Shown in pieces: positions 42,920 through 54,099 of a DNA stretch of 64,000 nucleotides. A program made the position numbers and the translations under genes. Location of the stretch: positions 32,001 through 96,000 of the forward strand of contig CAWDYC010000005.1 of assembly GCA_963806535.1 (NCBI GenBank), read 5' to 3'. Source of the DNA: Candidatus Bathyarchaeota archaeon. GTDB taxonomy: Archaea > Thermoproteota > Bathyarchaeia > Bathyarchaeales > Bathycorpusculaceae. The notes below the pieces were generated by a model. The model was not told the DNA's origin. It saw only the letters and a list, made by a program, of their open reading frames with translations, and did not search any database. Each line of letters begins with the position of its first letter. Position 1 is the first letter of the stretch.

Positions 42920-43853
42920 TTACTGTTTATCTTGAGGTTTTGCCACACCTGTAAAACTAGCATAGGTACCTTTGCGATCGAATGCGGCAACCAACTCTTT
43001 GAAGTTAACAATGATTAGAGCCAGCAAAGTGAAGAAAGGTATTAGTGCATAGTAGTAAAGCGGCGTGGTGACGGCTGAGGCAAAAACCATGCTTAGAAAG
43101 TTTGATGCCATGCCCGGATAAAGAAGCATTGCATTTGATAACGCTAACGAGCCGATTAGGCTTATCGTTGCAGCTTTGAGGTTTTTGCGATTATACATGA
43201 TGAAGAGTGGCAGCGCAAGCAATCCGAATCTTGGGTCAAAAAATCCAAAGGCTAAAGCAATTCCTGACAGGTAAGGTTTGCCTCGGTTTCCGAAGTAAAA
43301 GCTAAGTAAAAGAAGGAAGGTGAGGAAGACTTTGGCTTGTCCTTCACCCCACTGCCAATAGTAACTTAGAGATAAACCCTGATTTAGTGTGGGGAAAGGC
43401 AGCAGCAAAGCGATAACCATAACCACCAAAGCCACGGCAATGTGCTTGTTCTCAAGGAGCTTATACAGAATGTACGCCATTAAGGGAAGAAGCATAAACT
43501 GGATTATGTCGAAGGCAAGAAGCGCCTGCTGATAGTTTAGCGCCAGCAGCGGGGAAACGATTAGGAGGAAGGATGGCAGATACTTGTATTCTTCAGGATG
43601 AGGCAGGATGGTTGGTTCCCCATCGTTTAAGGCTCCAAAATTGTAAATGTGTGCTGGATTATTCCAAAGTCTCCAAGCGCCCATGTAGTAAGCTGAAAAA
43701 TCTTTTGCCAACGGGGTGCCTGAAGTGTTTATGCCTGGCGTCTATTGTGTAAGTTTCTGGGTAAGCAATTATGAAAGTGTATAAATTCAAAAGTATGATG
43801 ACTGCGACTGCTGTGATTAGAATAATTTTGGTTAAGTGTGATCGGTGAACCAT
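42920..43853 (-). CDS. GT87-like membrane glycosyltransferase (one frameshift near 43730)
   Basis: KDFSAYY..A, YKYLPSF, EGQ; N-terminus lies in ORF 43659-43904. Confidence 0.7.
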
Positions 43854-44077
43854 CTTTGCCCCAACAGCCGTTGCAGTTTGGAATCTAATATTTTTGTGGA
43901 GCATTTATACTTGATTGTTATGCTTTGGATCTTGCAATTTTTTTGGATGAATTTCTTTTGCGTTCTGGCTGATTAATTTCCTGCAATGTATTACATATGT
44001 AATACAGATGAAAATGCTTTTATTCAATTTCCCCATTCAAGCCATCAAACGCCAAAAGAACAAGGATTGAGAATGAA

Positions 44078-44695
44078 ATGATTAGGCAACAAAGCAAAGC
44101 CAAACAAGTTGCAATAACCGCAATGGTTGCAGCAATATACGCTATACTATTTTTTGGGTCAGCACCAGGTATGTTACCAGGATTTACACTTCTTTATCTT
44201 CCAGTTATTCTACTAGGCGTTTTTCCCATTTGGTTTGGCTGGAGCGGACTTGCAGGATGCATGATTGGTGCTTTTATTGGCGGAGTGTACGTCGAGCAGG
44301 TAGCACCTTATGCCGCATGGGTAGAATCCGTCACTGCACTAATTATCTTCGGATTAAATTGGATTCTTATTCCTCGAAATGCCGTTGAAAACAAAACAAA
44401 AAGAAATCTTATTCTCCTTGTGGTTGCGTATGCCATTTCTCTTTTCATTGGAACCGCCTACATCCTATGGCAATATACCTATCTCTTTAGCATCGGGATT
44501 TTAGCGTTCAGTATTCTAGGCGGATTTTCCTTTGTAGTTGTTCTGCTGGCGACCTACAGTCTCAACTTGGTTATCCAACTTGCCGTATGCCCTGCTTTGC
44601 TGAGAGCGGTTACACCGAGGTTGAAAAGCTGGGGAGTTTACTCTGGCAACTTTACTGAATGGAGACGACTCAGAGCCAAATCCCAAGTAAAGTAA
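44078..44695 (+). CDS. ECF S-component-like (QueT-type) membrane protein
   Basis: VAITAMVAAIYA, FG..G..G..IG; 5-6 TM segments. Confidence 0.6.
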   Translation: MIRQQSKAKQVAITAMVAAIYAILFFGSAPGMLPGFTLLYLPVILLGVFPIWFGWSGLAGCMIGAFIGGVYVEQVAPYAAWVESVTALIIFGLNWILIPRNAVENKTKRNLILLVVAYAISLFIGTAYILWQYTYLFSIGILAFSILGGFSFVVVLLATYSLNLVIQLAVCPALLRAVTPRLKSWGVYSGNFTEWRRLRAKSQVK

Positions 44696-44833
44696 CCATA
44701 AACTCACTTTATTTTACTATTAAATCATCAGCTGATTTTTCTTCTAAACTGTATCTAAAATATTTTGGCGCCTAAACAATTAGCAAGGCTTTTAAGTTAT
44801 CTGCTCCCTTAAAAGCAGTCCTGAGTGCCGCAC

Positions 44834-45350
44834 ATGAAAATTAAGAATAATAAAACTAACCCCTGAAATGCTTATTGAATTATTGAAGGGCAAAACAACA
44901 AATTTTACATCAAATCTTCCAAACGACACAGAACTATTAGATATAAAATTTGATTTATTTTCAAAACAAGTCCTCGCAGTAGTTAGAAGCAACAGTTTCG
45001 AGGACATCGCCGAATCCTACCCAATCCCCGAATTCAACCTAACAAGCACCATGGAAACTAAAATTACGCCCAAACAAACAACAGCTGTTAAATCGGAACC
45101 CAAGCCTGAACCTAAAATTGCACCCGCAAGTACTGCTCAACCAAGCAAAACAGCAATCAAAATGGAAAATGAATTTAGTCCAGAACAACGCAAAGTGCTC
45201 AGCTTCACAGTAAAAGGAGACTATGTTATTGTAAAGCCTATTCAATTTTTGAAGGCTGAATGGGATGACATCAACGAGGTTGTCAGAAGCTTAGGCGGTA
45301 AATGGGTGAAAGGCGACATCATAAGCTACTGGGAAATCCCTCTTCAGTAA
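44834..45350 (+). CDS. Hypothetical protein (probable 1-nt indel near the start)
   Basis: ORF 44868-45350 extends to MKLRIIKLTPEM with one base removed; C-terminal V..LGGKWV....YW. Confidence 0.65.
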
Positions 45351-45407
45351 TCTGGGGAAAATTCTTTAAACAAGTTACACCCTAAACACAGTCACGGATG
45401 TATCAAG

Positions 45408-45826
45408 ATGGCACAAGCCCGTAAACCTCTAACAAGAGATTCCTTAGTTTCCATGCAAGTAATAGATTCAAATGGACAGTTGGTTGGAAAAGTTGCAGAC
45501 ATCGCTTTTGAAGTTGGAAAGACAGGTGTTTCCCTAGCAGTCGAGACTCAAAAATGGGGAAACCAAAATAGTTGAATGGTCAGAAGTTCAAGCGGCATTA
45601 GACTTCATAATATTAAAAGCTCAATTTTCTGACAATCAAAGCGATACTGAAATCCCCCAAACTCAGCAACAAACAACTCAACCACAAGAAATCACCCAGC
45701 AACAACCAAAACAAATACTGACCAAAGCAAAAAACTCCGCCGCTTTGTCCAACATGCAATAAACCGCTCAAATGGATTCCGCAATACAAACGATACTACT
45801 GCTACGACGATAAAAAATACTGTTAA
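45408..45826 (+). CDS. PRC-barrel plus C-terminal zinc ribbon protein (two frameshifts)
   Basis: LVSMQVIDSNGQLVGKVADI..., Q-rich linker, CPTCNKPLKWIPQYKRYYCY. Confidence 0.65.
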
Positions 45827-45861
45827 AAATCAAAAATCTAATTTTTTTTTATTCTGTTTCA

Positions 45862-46483
45862 CTAATGCAAAGGCTTTTCCAGTCTTGTGATTGTTCCATT
45901 TTTTCCGAGTCGAAGTTGCTTCTCACCTTTAAAGCTGGCAACGTGTAGCATTTCTTACTTCTATGTGGTCACCTATTGAAACAGCGTTTACCTGTTGATC
46001 CCAGAGGCAAAGCATGACTTTTCCAGTTTCATCTCCAATGACAGCGTTGGACACAAGGGCATTATCTCTAAATTGAGTATGAACTTTGGAAGGCTCCGAA
46101 GTCTCCAACACTTCTGCAATCACATTTATCTTTTTCATTCCTTCCCGCAGATCCCCAATTTTCATGTGACTTGGTGTTGGAGTTTGTTTCGCTATTTCTT
46201 TGCGAACTCTGCTTGTATCCATTGAATTATCGAATGAAACATCTGTTTTTGAAAGCATTTCTTCAGAAACGCGGAATTGAGAAATAACATTGCTGCCTTT
46301 CTTAATTAGAAAGATAGCTTGGTCATTTACGCTACCTCGGTATTCAACGGTTAAATCTTCACATACCGATTTTCCATGTTCTTTTGCCTGAATTAAAGAC
46401 TGAAAGAGCTCTGTTGGGTAAACATTATGCTGGGCTGAGATGAACGCAAGCTGATCTTCCAGTGTAGGCTTTTTCGGTTTCAA
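45862..46483 (-). CDS. SSB/RPA-type OB-fold protein, paralog of 34634-35290 (frameshift near 45950)
   Basis: KKPT...LAF, VEYR, DETGKVMLCLWD; shifted frame gives FKGEKQLRLGKNG. Confidence 0.8.
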
Positions 46484-46754
46484 ACTATTTTTTTCTCCTT
46501 TAGCGAATTATCTTGAAAAAAGCAAATGATCAAACTTCAAAATTTACTTTTTCTTGATTAATTCTAACAATTAATAATTATCATAATAACTATTTAGGTT
46601 TAGCTGCAAAAAAGCGGGTTTTTCAGGGTGAAACTACAGAATCTCGATAAATTTGAATTTAGTCGGCTTTAAATTCCAAAAAGCAAAAAGACTAGACATT
46701 CACATTACACTAATAGGAACTTTTTGTTCTAACAGACTTTTTGGTGCAAACAAT

Positions 46755-47629
46755 ATGGAGGAACTAAAAAAACTAACAAAAGTCGAATTAAAAAACTTGG
46801 ACAAGATTTTCTACCCCAAAATCAAAGTTACCAAAGCTCAAATTATCGAGTATTACATTAAATTGGCTCCAAACATATTGCCAGTAATTGCTGACAGACC
46901 ATTAGTTTTAACGAGGTATCCTGATGGGGTTGAAGGCGAAAAAGTTAGTTTCTTTGAAAAAAACGCTCCTGAAGGCACCCCAGACTGGGTTAAAACAAAA
47001 AATATTTACTCACCAACATCTAAACGAGACGTACACTATATTGTCTGCAATGATTTAGATACTCTTATTTGGCTTGCAAACTTGGCAGCTTTAGAAATTC
47101 ACATGCCTTTTTCCAAAATTGACCATGTTAGATAAACCTGATTTACTGTTTTTTGATGTTGACCCCGAACCACCAGCTACTTTAAGTGATGCAGCAGAAG
47201 TGGCGCTTTTGCTTAAAGACAAACTTTTGGATTTAGGGTTAACTCCTTTTGTTAAGACTTCCGGCAAAAAAGGGCTTCATGTTGTAATTCCAATTAATCC
47301 AGACCATACATTTGAGAAAGCGCAGAGCGTTTGTTCATGAAGTTGGAATTGAATTAGCTAAAGAAAGTGAAATTGTTGTTTCCGAGTTTAAGGATACAAA
47401 GAAACCTGGAAAGGTTTTTGCTGATTACCTTCAGAATTCTCCCTTGCGAACAATGGTTGTTCCATACAGCTTACGACCTACACCTGACGCCACTGTTTCA
47501 GCACCTTTGGAATGGAGTGAAGTTAAGAAAGGAATAAACCCTTCCGACTTCAATATTTTTACTGTAGTTGAACGGAAAAGTGATCCGTGGAAAAATATTT
47601 TTGAAAAAAGATGTAAATTGGAGATTTAA
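46755..47629 (+). CDS. NHEJ primase-polymerase (LigD Pol domain, stand-alone; two frameshifts)
   Basis: NLDKIFYP, RYPDG, FFEKN, LANLAALEIH, DVDP, KTSGKKGLHV, DYLQN, PYSLR, VSAPLEWSE. Confidence 0.9.
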
Positions 47630-47631
47630 TT

Positions 47632-48456
47632 ATGGCTCAGAAAAATGTTGAGAAAAAAGAAACTAAAAAAGTAAGTGCTCAAGCCCCAAGAAGATCAATT
47701 TGGTCAGGCAGCATTACTATAGGCTTAGTTAATGTTCCTGTTAAATTGTATTCAATGATTTATGATAAGGGAATAGCTTTTCATTTTCTTCATAAAGTTG
47801 ACGGTCAACCTTTAAAATACGTTAAAATGTGCACTAAAGACGACAAAATTGTTCCGTGGAACGAAGTTATTCGAGGCTACGAAGTTTCAAAAAACGAATA
47901 CATAACTTTAGATAATAAAGAGTTAGCTGCAGCCAAACCTGAATCAGACAACAGAATTAGAATCAGCAAATTTGTGGATTATTTCTCGGTTGACCCAGTA
48001 TACTTTGACAAAACCTACGCTTTAATGCCTGAGAAAAGCAAGGACGCCTACAGCTTACTCTTAACGGCTCTTGAGAAAAAAAATAAAGCCGGAGCTGGAC
48101 GCATAACCCTTCGAACAAAAGAATATCCTGCATTGCTACATGCTTACAAAGGGACATTGGTTTTAACAACGTTACGTTACGCCTACGATGTTGTGGATCC
48201 GCAGGATTTTGAAGAAGCCCAAAAGCTAAAAGAGCCAGAAAAAGCCGAGTTAGATATGGCTATAAAAATAGTCAGTGACCTCTCAGGAGAATTTGACATT
48301 AGCGAATTCGAAGACACCTACATGAAAAGAGTTGAAGAACTAATAGCGCAAAAAGTGAAAGGTGAAAAAATCCATATTGAGAAGCCGCCGGAAGTTGAAG
48401 CTAAAGGTCTCATGGTTGCGCTGCGTGAAACTCTCAAGCAGTTGGAACAGAAATGA
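47632..48456 (+). CDS. ku: Ku protein
   Basis: RSIWSGSITIGLVNVPVKLY, RGYEV, YFDKTY.L.P, FED.Y. Confidence 0.95.
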   Translation: MAQKNVEKKETKKVSAQAPRRSIWSGSITIGLVNVPVKLYSMIYDKGIAFHFLHKVDGQPLKYVKMCTKDDKIVPWNEVIRGYEVSKNEYITLDNKELAAAKPESDNRIRISKFVDYFSVDPVYFDKTYALMPEKSKDAYSLLLTALEKKNKAGAGRITLRTKEYPALLHAYKGTLVLTTLRYAYDVVDPQDFEEAQKLKEPEKAELDMAIKIVSDLSGEFDISEFEDTYMKRVEELIAQKVKGEKIHIEKPPEVEAKGLMVALRETLKQLEQK

Positions 48457-49433
48457 GCCGTCACATCTACAAACCTATGCTTGCAAAAGAAGCTCCAGAT
48501 GCTTTCACAGATAAAGACTGGATTTTCGAAATTAAATGGGATGGCTTTCGCGCCATCTCCTATATCGATGAAAGATTCAGCGTAAAAAGCCGCAACGAAA
48601 AGGAACTAAAATATAATTTTCCAGAACTTTCAGAGCTTACAAAGTTAGCTAGTAACATAGTTGTTGACGGCGAAATCGTTGTGATGAGCGAAGGCAAACC
48701 TGACTTTCAAGCTCTTCTTGAACGAGGTCAAGCAGTTTCGTCAGGTGAAATTCAAAGGCAAACCAATCGGGCACCAGTAACATACATTGTTTTTGATATT
48801 TTAGAAAAAGATGGCAAATCGCTTACTAACTTGCCGTTGATGGAGAGGAAACAAATTTTAAAGGATTCGTTGAAAGAGGGTTCACGTGTTTTTTTGTCTG
48901 ACTTCATTGAGGAGAAAGGAGAAGCTTACTTCAAGTTGGTTTTGGAGAAAGGCTTGGAAGGGGTGATGGCGAAAAACAAAGAAAGCCATTATGAGGAAGG
49001 TTTACGGACTGGGAGTTGGTTAAAAATAAAGAAACTTAAAACTTGTGACTGCGTAATTTTTGGGTACACACAAGGCACGCAATCTAGAGGAAAAACTTTT
49101 GGGGCATTAATTTTAGGACTCTACGATAAAGATGGCAAACCAGTTTATGTGGGAAAGGTTGGAACTGGTTTTACACAGGAAATGCTGGGGATTTTAATGG
49201 ATAAATTTGAAAAATTAAAAACGGATAATGCGCCTTTTAAGCCCGAAGCTGGCGATAAAGTTACTTGGCTTGAGCCCAAACTAGTTTGCGAAGTTGCTTT
49301 TCAAGTTGTGACAAAAGATTTGAGGTTAAGAATGCCACGTTTCAAAGGATTAAGAGACGATAAGTCGCCTGCTGAATGCACTATTGATCAGCTTGACGAA
49401 GTCAAAAAAAATGAGAGCATCATCCAAAGATAA
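48453..49433 (+). CDS. ligD: NHEJ ATP-dependent DNA ligase (LigD ligase domain)
   Basis: PMLA, EIKWDGFR, DGEIV, FDIL, EGVMAK, WLKIK, GKVGTGF, LRMPRFKGLRDDK. Confidence 0.93.
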   Translation: MSRHIYKPMLAKEAPDAFTDKDWIFEIKWDGFRAISYIDERFSVKSRNEKELKYNFPELSELTKLASNIVVDGEIVVMSEGKPDFQALLERGQAVSSGEIQRQTNRAPVTYIVFDILEKDGKSLTNLPLMERKQILKDSLKEGSRVFLSDFIEEKGEAYFKLVLEKGLEGVMAKNKESHYEEGLRTGSWLKIKKLKTCDCVIFGYTQGTQSRGKTFGALILGLYDKDGKPVYVGKVGTGFTQEMLGILMDKFEKLKTDNAPFKPEAGDKVTWLEPKLVCEVAFQVVTKDLRLRMPRFKGLRDDKSPAECTIDQLDEVKKNESIIQR

Positions 49434-49884
49434 GCTATCTGAATATGCTTCTAAACGTAATTTTCAACAAACCCCTGAACCTGCAGGAGGCGAAAAAAAA
49501 GGCGAGAAACAAATTTTTGTCGTCCAAGAGCATCATGCCAGAGCTCTTCACTATGATTTAAGACTGGAAAAAGATGGGGTTTTGAAAAGCTGGGCTGTTC
49601 CAAAAGGAATACCTGAAACACCTAGTCAGCGGCATTTGGCAGTGGAAACAGAGGATCACCCATTTGAATATGCAAATTTTGAGGGTTCAATTCCCAAAGG
49701 ACAATATGGTGCTGGAACAGTCAAAATCTGGGATAAAGGACATTATGAAACTAAGTTTTGGGATGAAAACAAGATTGAGTTTACGCTTAATGGTCAAAGG
49801 CTTAAAGGACGCTATGTTTTGGTGTGGTTAAAGAAAGCTAAGGGCAATGAGAAAAGTTGGCTGCTGTTAAAGGGCAAAGATTAG
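49411..49884 (+). CDS. LigD 3'-phosphoesterase (PE) domain, stand-alone
   Basis: KRNF..TPEP, FVVQEHHAR.LHYDLRLE, SWAVPKG, TEDHP..Y, YGAG.V.IWD.G. Confidence 0.93.
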   Translation: MRASSKDKLSEYASKRNFQQTPEPAGGEKKGEKQIFVVQEHHARALHYDLRLEKDGVLKSWAVPKGIPETPSQRHLAVETEDHPFEYANFEGSIPKGQYGAGTVKIWDKGHYETKFWDENKIEFTLNGQRLKGRYVLVWLKKAKGNEKSWLLLKGKD

Positions 49885-49885
49885 C

Positions 49886-50634
49886 ATGGTTAACCTTCAT
49901 TTGGGCACGATAGGCTGGAGCTACAATTTCTGGAAAGGACAAATTTTACCCAAATAAAGCTGCTTCTAAAGAATTTTTGGCTTATTACGCAACCAAATTT
50001 GACACGGTTGAGGTTGACAGCACATTTTACCGTATCCCAACCGCAGCAAGCCGTTACAAAATGGGAAAGCCAGACGCCTAGCAACTTTTTGTTCTCATTC
50101 AAGTTCCCAAGAGTTATCACCCATATTAAAATGCTAAAAGACTGTGAGCGGGAAACAAACCTTTTTCTTGAAAGAACAAACTTGCTTGGTGGAAAACTTG
50201 GCGCTTCGCTTTTGCAGTTTCCACCCAACTTCGGAGTTGACCGCTTTTCCGATTTAGCAGATTTCCTGCAGAAGCTTCCAAAGACCCGTCGTTATGTGGT
50301 TGAAGTCAGAGACGAGGAATGGCTTAACAGCGACTTCTATTCGCTTCTGCGCGCTAATGGCGTTGCATTTGGCTTGGGTTGACAGCCCCAGTATGCCACA
50401 AAGCGATGATGTAACTTCTGATTTTCTATATATTAGGTTAGAAGGCGACCGAAGCAAAGTCAACGGCACGTTAGGCACGATAGAAGCCGACAAAGACAGA
50501 AGGGCTGAAGATTGTGGGCAGAAAAAATAAAGCCCTGGCTTAGCAAGAACATGGAGGTTTATGGTTATTTCGGCAAATACTATTCAGGCTATCCTCCTTC
50601 AGACGTAAATTCCCTTTTAAAGCTCTTAACCTAA
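49886..50634 (+). CDS. DUF72 family protein (about three frameshifts)
   Basis: GTIGWSY..W, FYP, DTVEVDSTFY, FSFKFPR.ITH, LLQFPP.F, VEVR...W, YIRL.G. Confidence 0.85.
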
Positions 50635-50680
50635 CAATACTTTAGAATTAATCAAAATGAAAACTTGGAGATTAAAATTT

Positions 50681-51297
50681 ATGTTTTTTAAACAAATTCA
50701 GCAGCATGGCGACAACTTTTCGTATATTGATAGCAGACGAAGACACTAATGAAGCAGCAGTTGTTGATTCAAGCTTTAATTCAGGTGAAATAATTAAGAT
50801 TTTAAAAGCTAAAAAATTCAATTTAAAGTATATTGTTAATACGCATGGGCATTCTGATCATACAGCTGGAAATCTTGAGTTAAAATCTATTTTTGGAGCC
50901 AAAATAGTTGCGCATAAACTGTCAAAGGTCAACTTTGATGTTGCCGTGGAAGATGGAGACGTATTAACCGTTGGCAAAGTTTCACTAAAAGTTATTTACA
51001 CTCCAGGTCACTCACTCGACAGCATTTGCATTTTGATAGATAACAAGAAACTGTTAACAGGTGACACATTATTTGTTGGAGAATGTGGACGAACTGATTT
51101 ATCGGGCGGCAACTCCAAAAATTTGTATGATAGTCTGTTCAACAAGCTCTTAAAGCTGGATGATGCCATCGGAAGTTTATCCAGGGCATGATTACGGCTT
51201 GAAATCTTCGTCAACAATAGGTGAAGAAAAAAAATCAAATTATGTTTTGCAGCCAAGAAAAGTGGAAGATTTTATTGACTTCATGAACCAGCCTTAG
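50681..51297 (+). CDS. MBL-fold hydrolase, glyoxalase II-like (two frameshifts)
   Basis: DNFSY, THGHSDH, TPGHS, TGDTLF, GRTD, YPGHDYG. Confidence 0.85.
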
Positions 51298-51305
51298 GTG
51301 CTCGC

Positions 51306-52204
51306 CTATCTTCTTAATCTGCCAATCAAAACAATAGCAATCACAAAAATGATAAGTGCCAAGATTGGCACAAGTATGATAGGATGAAGGAACAATTCAA
51401 AATCTAAAATCAAGTTTTGGAGAATTGTGTTATTCTGAAGCGTGTTTGGTCGAGCGTTTTGAGCAGATACAGGTAAATAGCTATATTGAATGTTTGATGG
51501 TAAAACTACCGGGACTGGCTCTAACCAATCGCTAACAGGGTAGAAGTTGAATTGGTTTGTCATCCATGCAAATGTGGTTGCTACGCCATACACGTCAAGG
51601 GTGGAGATTGATTTAGCAGGCACCTAATAAGGCAATATCTGGAAACATGACGTCGCCAGTGTCATTGCTATGCCCTAAACCTAAAGCATGTCCTAACTCA
51701 TGAAGAGCAATATTTTGCATATCTCCATCAATTAAAGGCTCGCCGTGATGTGTATGTGTAGCAAGATTAATGGTGCACCCGATTATTTGCGTTACTCTCA
51801 CTGGTTAATGTTGCTAGTCCAATTTCATCCACTGAACCTGCTAAGTTGCTTTGCGTCCAATTTATGATAAATGTCAAAGCCAGATTTTGTATAATTCAAA
51901 ACAGTGGGTTCCAAGTTTGAGATTAGAAAGATAAACATAGTCTGCATTGTGGAGCTGCAAAGTAGCTGATGGCGTCATTCCATTGACCTATAGCGCGAAG
52001 CGTAGAATTAACGTAGATTGGGTTCCACCATGATTCGTTATTTGGAGTGGTTAAAAGAATTTTTAATGTTGACTTATTCCAGGCTAAACCCTGAATCTCC
52101 AAAGCGTAAACGTTTTGGTTTGGGCTTTGAGCTTGGCTAATAGCAAAGCTTCCAGCCGTTAAAAACAAAGTTGAGAATAACAAAAATACCAAAAAAAATC
52201 TCAT
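51306..52204 (-). CDS. Matrixin-family secreted metalloprotease (frameshifted)
   Basis: Signal peptide, HELGHALGLGH plus Met-turn DVMFP, C-terminal TM across three ORFs. Confidence 0.75.
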
Positions 52205-52681
52205 ATTAATCTAGTAAATTATTCTTGTTGTCTCCTTTAAGTTTTATTGAGCTAACAATCCCAGATTGAATCCAGCTTTAAAGTAGCTATCTTGTAACAT
52301 TGGAAACTGTTTGGCCCAAATCTCTCAAAAGAATGATTAATTAAAACACCGATTTTTAGAACTTGTGACTTAATAGATTAGTTAAAGTCTCAATTTAGAA
52401 TGTGAAAATAAATCGGGTTTATTCAGATACTTTTTTATTGCTTCTACTCTAATTATGAGTCAATAACTCAAAAGTTTGCTATGGGTGAACAAGACTTAAA
52501 AGGGTTAAAAGGGCATTAGTGAGCTGTAATAAAAATGCTTTCATCTCCGATGGCGAATCCTGGAATAATAAATTTAGAATCGACTCTCTGCTTCAAGTCT
52601 AACGTCTTATCGGAGATTAAATATTTAGTTAAATCGGTTAATCCCACTCTTTTCTTTCGAGAGAATATTGGGGTAGATTAG

Positions 52682-53929
52682 ATGTTAATTTTTGATTTAT
52701 TTTCAGTTATTTTGCTTTCGATTTTGCTTTTTTGGACCGTGTATAATGGTTCAATTATTTACGTCGGTGTAAGAAGTAGACGAAAGAATGCTGGAGTTGT
52801 TAAGGTTGAAAATAAGGAGTTTCCAAAGTTTTCAATAATAGTGCCAACTAAAGATGAAGAATTAGTTATTAGCCGCTGCTTAAACGGAATTCAAGAGTTA
52901 GATTATCCAAAGGATAAAATGGAGATAATAGTTGTCGATGGAAATTCATCTGACTCTACCCGCAAGATATGCCAAGAATTCGCGGAGAACTATTCAGGTA
53001 ATATCAAAATAATTAATGAGAAACAGTCAAGGGGAAAACCTGCGGCTCTTAACCTTGCCTTGTCCTACGTAACAGGAGAGATCGTTGGAGTTTTTGACGC
53101 TGACAGTCTTCCAGAAAAAGATGTTTTGAGCAAAGTTGCATCTTACTTTAACGATAAACTAGTGACGGCTGTACAAGGGAGAACTACTTCACTTAACGAG
53201 AAAAAGAACATATTAACCCGTGTTATCTCTTCAGAAGAGAAAGCTTGGTTCCAAGCTTTGCTAAGTGGACGAGAACACATGCAACTGTTTGTTCCACTAA
53301 ATGGTAGCTGCCAATTCATCAGACTTGGCGTACTGAAAGAATTAGGTGGCTGGGATGAAAACTCTTTGACTGAAGATGTAGAGTTGGCGCTTAGACTTGT
53401 TGAGAAAAAACATATTATAAAATATGCACATGATGTTGTTTCGGGACAAGAAACGCCGAATGGCTTAAGGGAATTAGTAAAGCAGAGGACCCGTTGGTAC
53501 AGAGGGTATATGGAAACGGCTCTAAAATATGGGCGCCTTCTAGATAGCCTAAATAGAAGAACGATTGATGCTGAAATTTCCATGGCTGGACCTTTTATGA
53601 TGGTCGTATCGTTGCTTAGTTACATCAACTGGTTTTGTATCATGTTATTCTTTTCATCAAGCAATCCGATAGTTGGTTTTACTGGAATAGTGATAGCTTT
53701 AACGGCTGTTTCATTGGTTTCAATTGGCGTTGGGTTAACTGCCTCTGAGAAGCCCATTAAAATTAGAAATCTTGCGTGGATACCGTCAATTTGGGCTTAT
53801 TGGATGCTTCAAATGTGTATTGCCGGATGGGCTTTTCTAAAATTGATATTTAGACGAAAAAGAGTTTGGAGTAAAACACTCAAAAAAGGCTTCATAACAA
53901 CAAATTTAGATGCTAACAAACCTCTTTAG
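52682..53929 (+). CDS. GT2 processive (cellulose synthase-like) glycosyltransferase
   Basis: GKPAALN, FDAD, TED, QRTRW; N- and C-terminal TM segments. Confidence 0.9.
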   Translation: MLIFDLFSVILLSILLFWTVYNGSIIYVGVRSRRKNAGVVKVENKEFPKFSIIVPTKDEELVISRCLNGIQELDYPKDKMEIIVVDGNSSDSTRKICQEFAENYSGNIKIINEKQSRGKPAALNLALSYVTGEIVGVFDADSLPEKDVLSKVASYFNDKLVTAVQGRTTSLNEKKNILTRVISSEEKAWFQALLSGREHMQLFVPLNGSCQFIRLGVLKELGGWDENSLTEDVELALRLVEKKHIIKYAHDVVSGQETPNGLRELVKQRTRWYRGYMETALKYGRLLDSLNRRTIDAEISMAGPFMMVVSLLSYINWFCIMLFFSSSNPIVGFTGIVIALTAVSLVSIGVGLTASEKPIKIRNLAWIPSIWAYWMLQMCIAGWAFLKLIFRRKRVWSKTLKKGFITTNLDANKPL

Positions 53930-54099
53930 ATTCAAAAAAATAGTCCGATGAATTGAAAACAATGGTGTATATTCATTATTTTTCCTAAAATTTTAAATCA
54001 AGCACCAATCTATTCATTCATAATAACTAATGACAGAGTGGTTGGAAAATGGAGAATTACCCCTCACCTGAATAAACATTTCAATACGATGATCTAAAG

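Noticed and set aside
46755-47629. Programmed frameshifting in PrimPol, DUF72 or katG
   Set aside because: Indels are spread across unrelated neighbouring genes with no shared slippery motif; sequencing error is simpler
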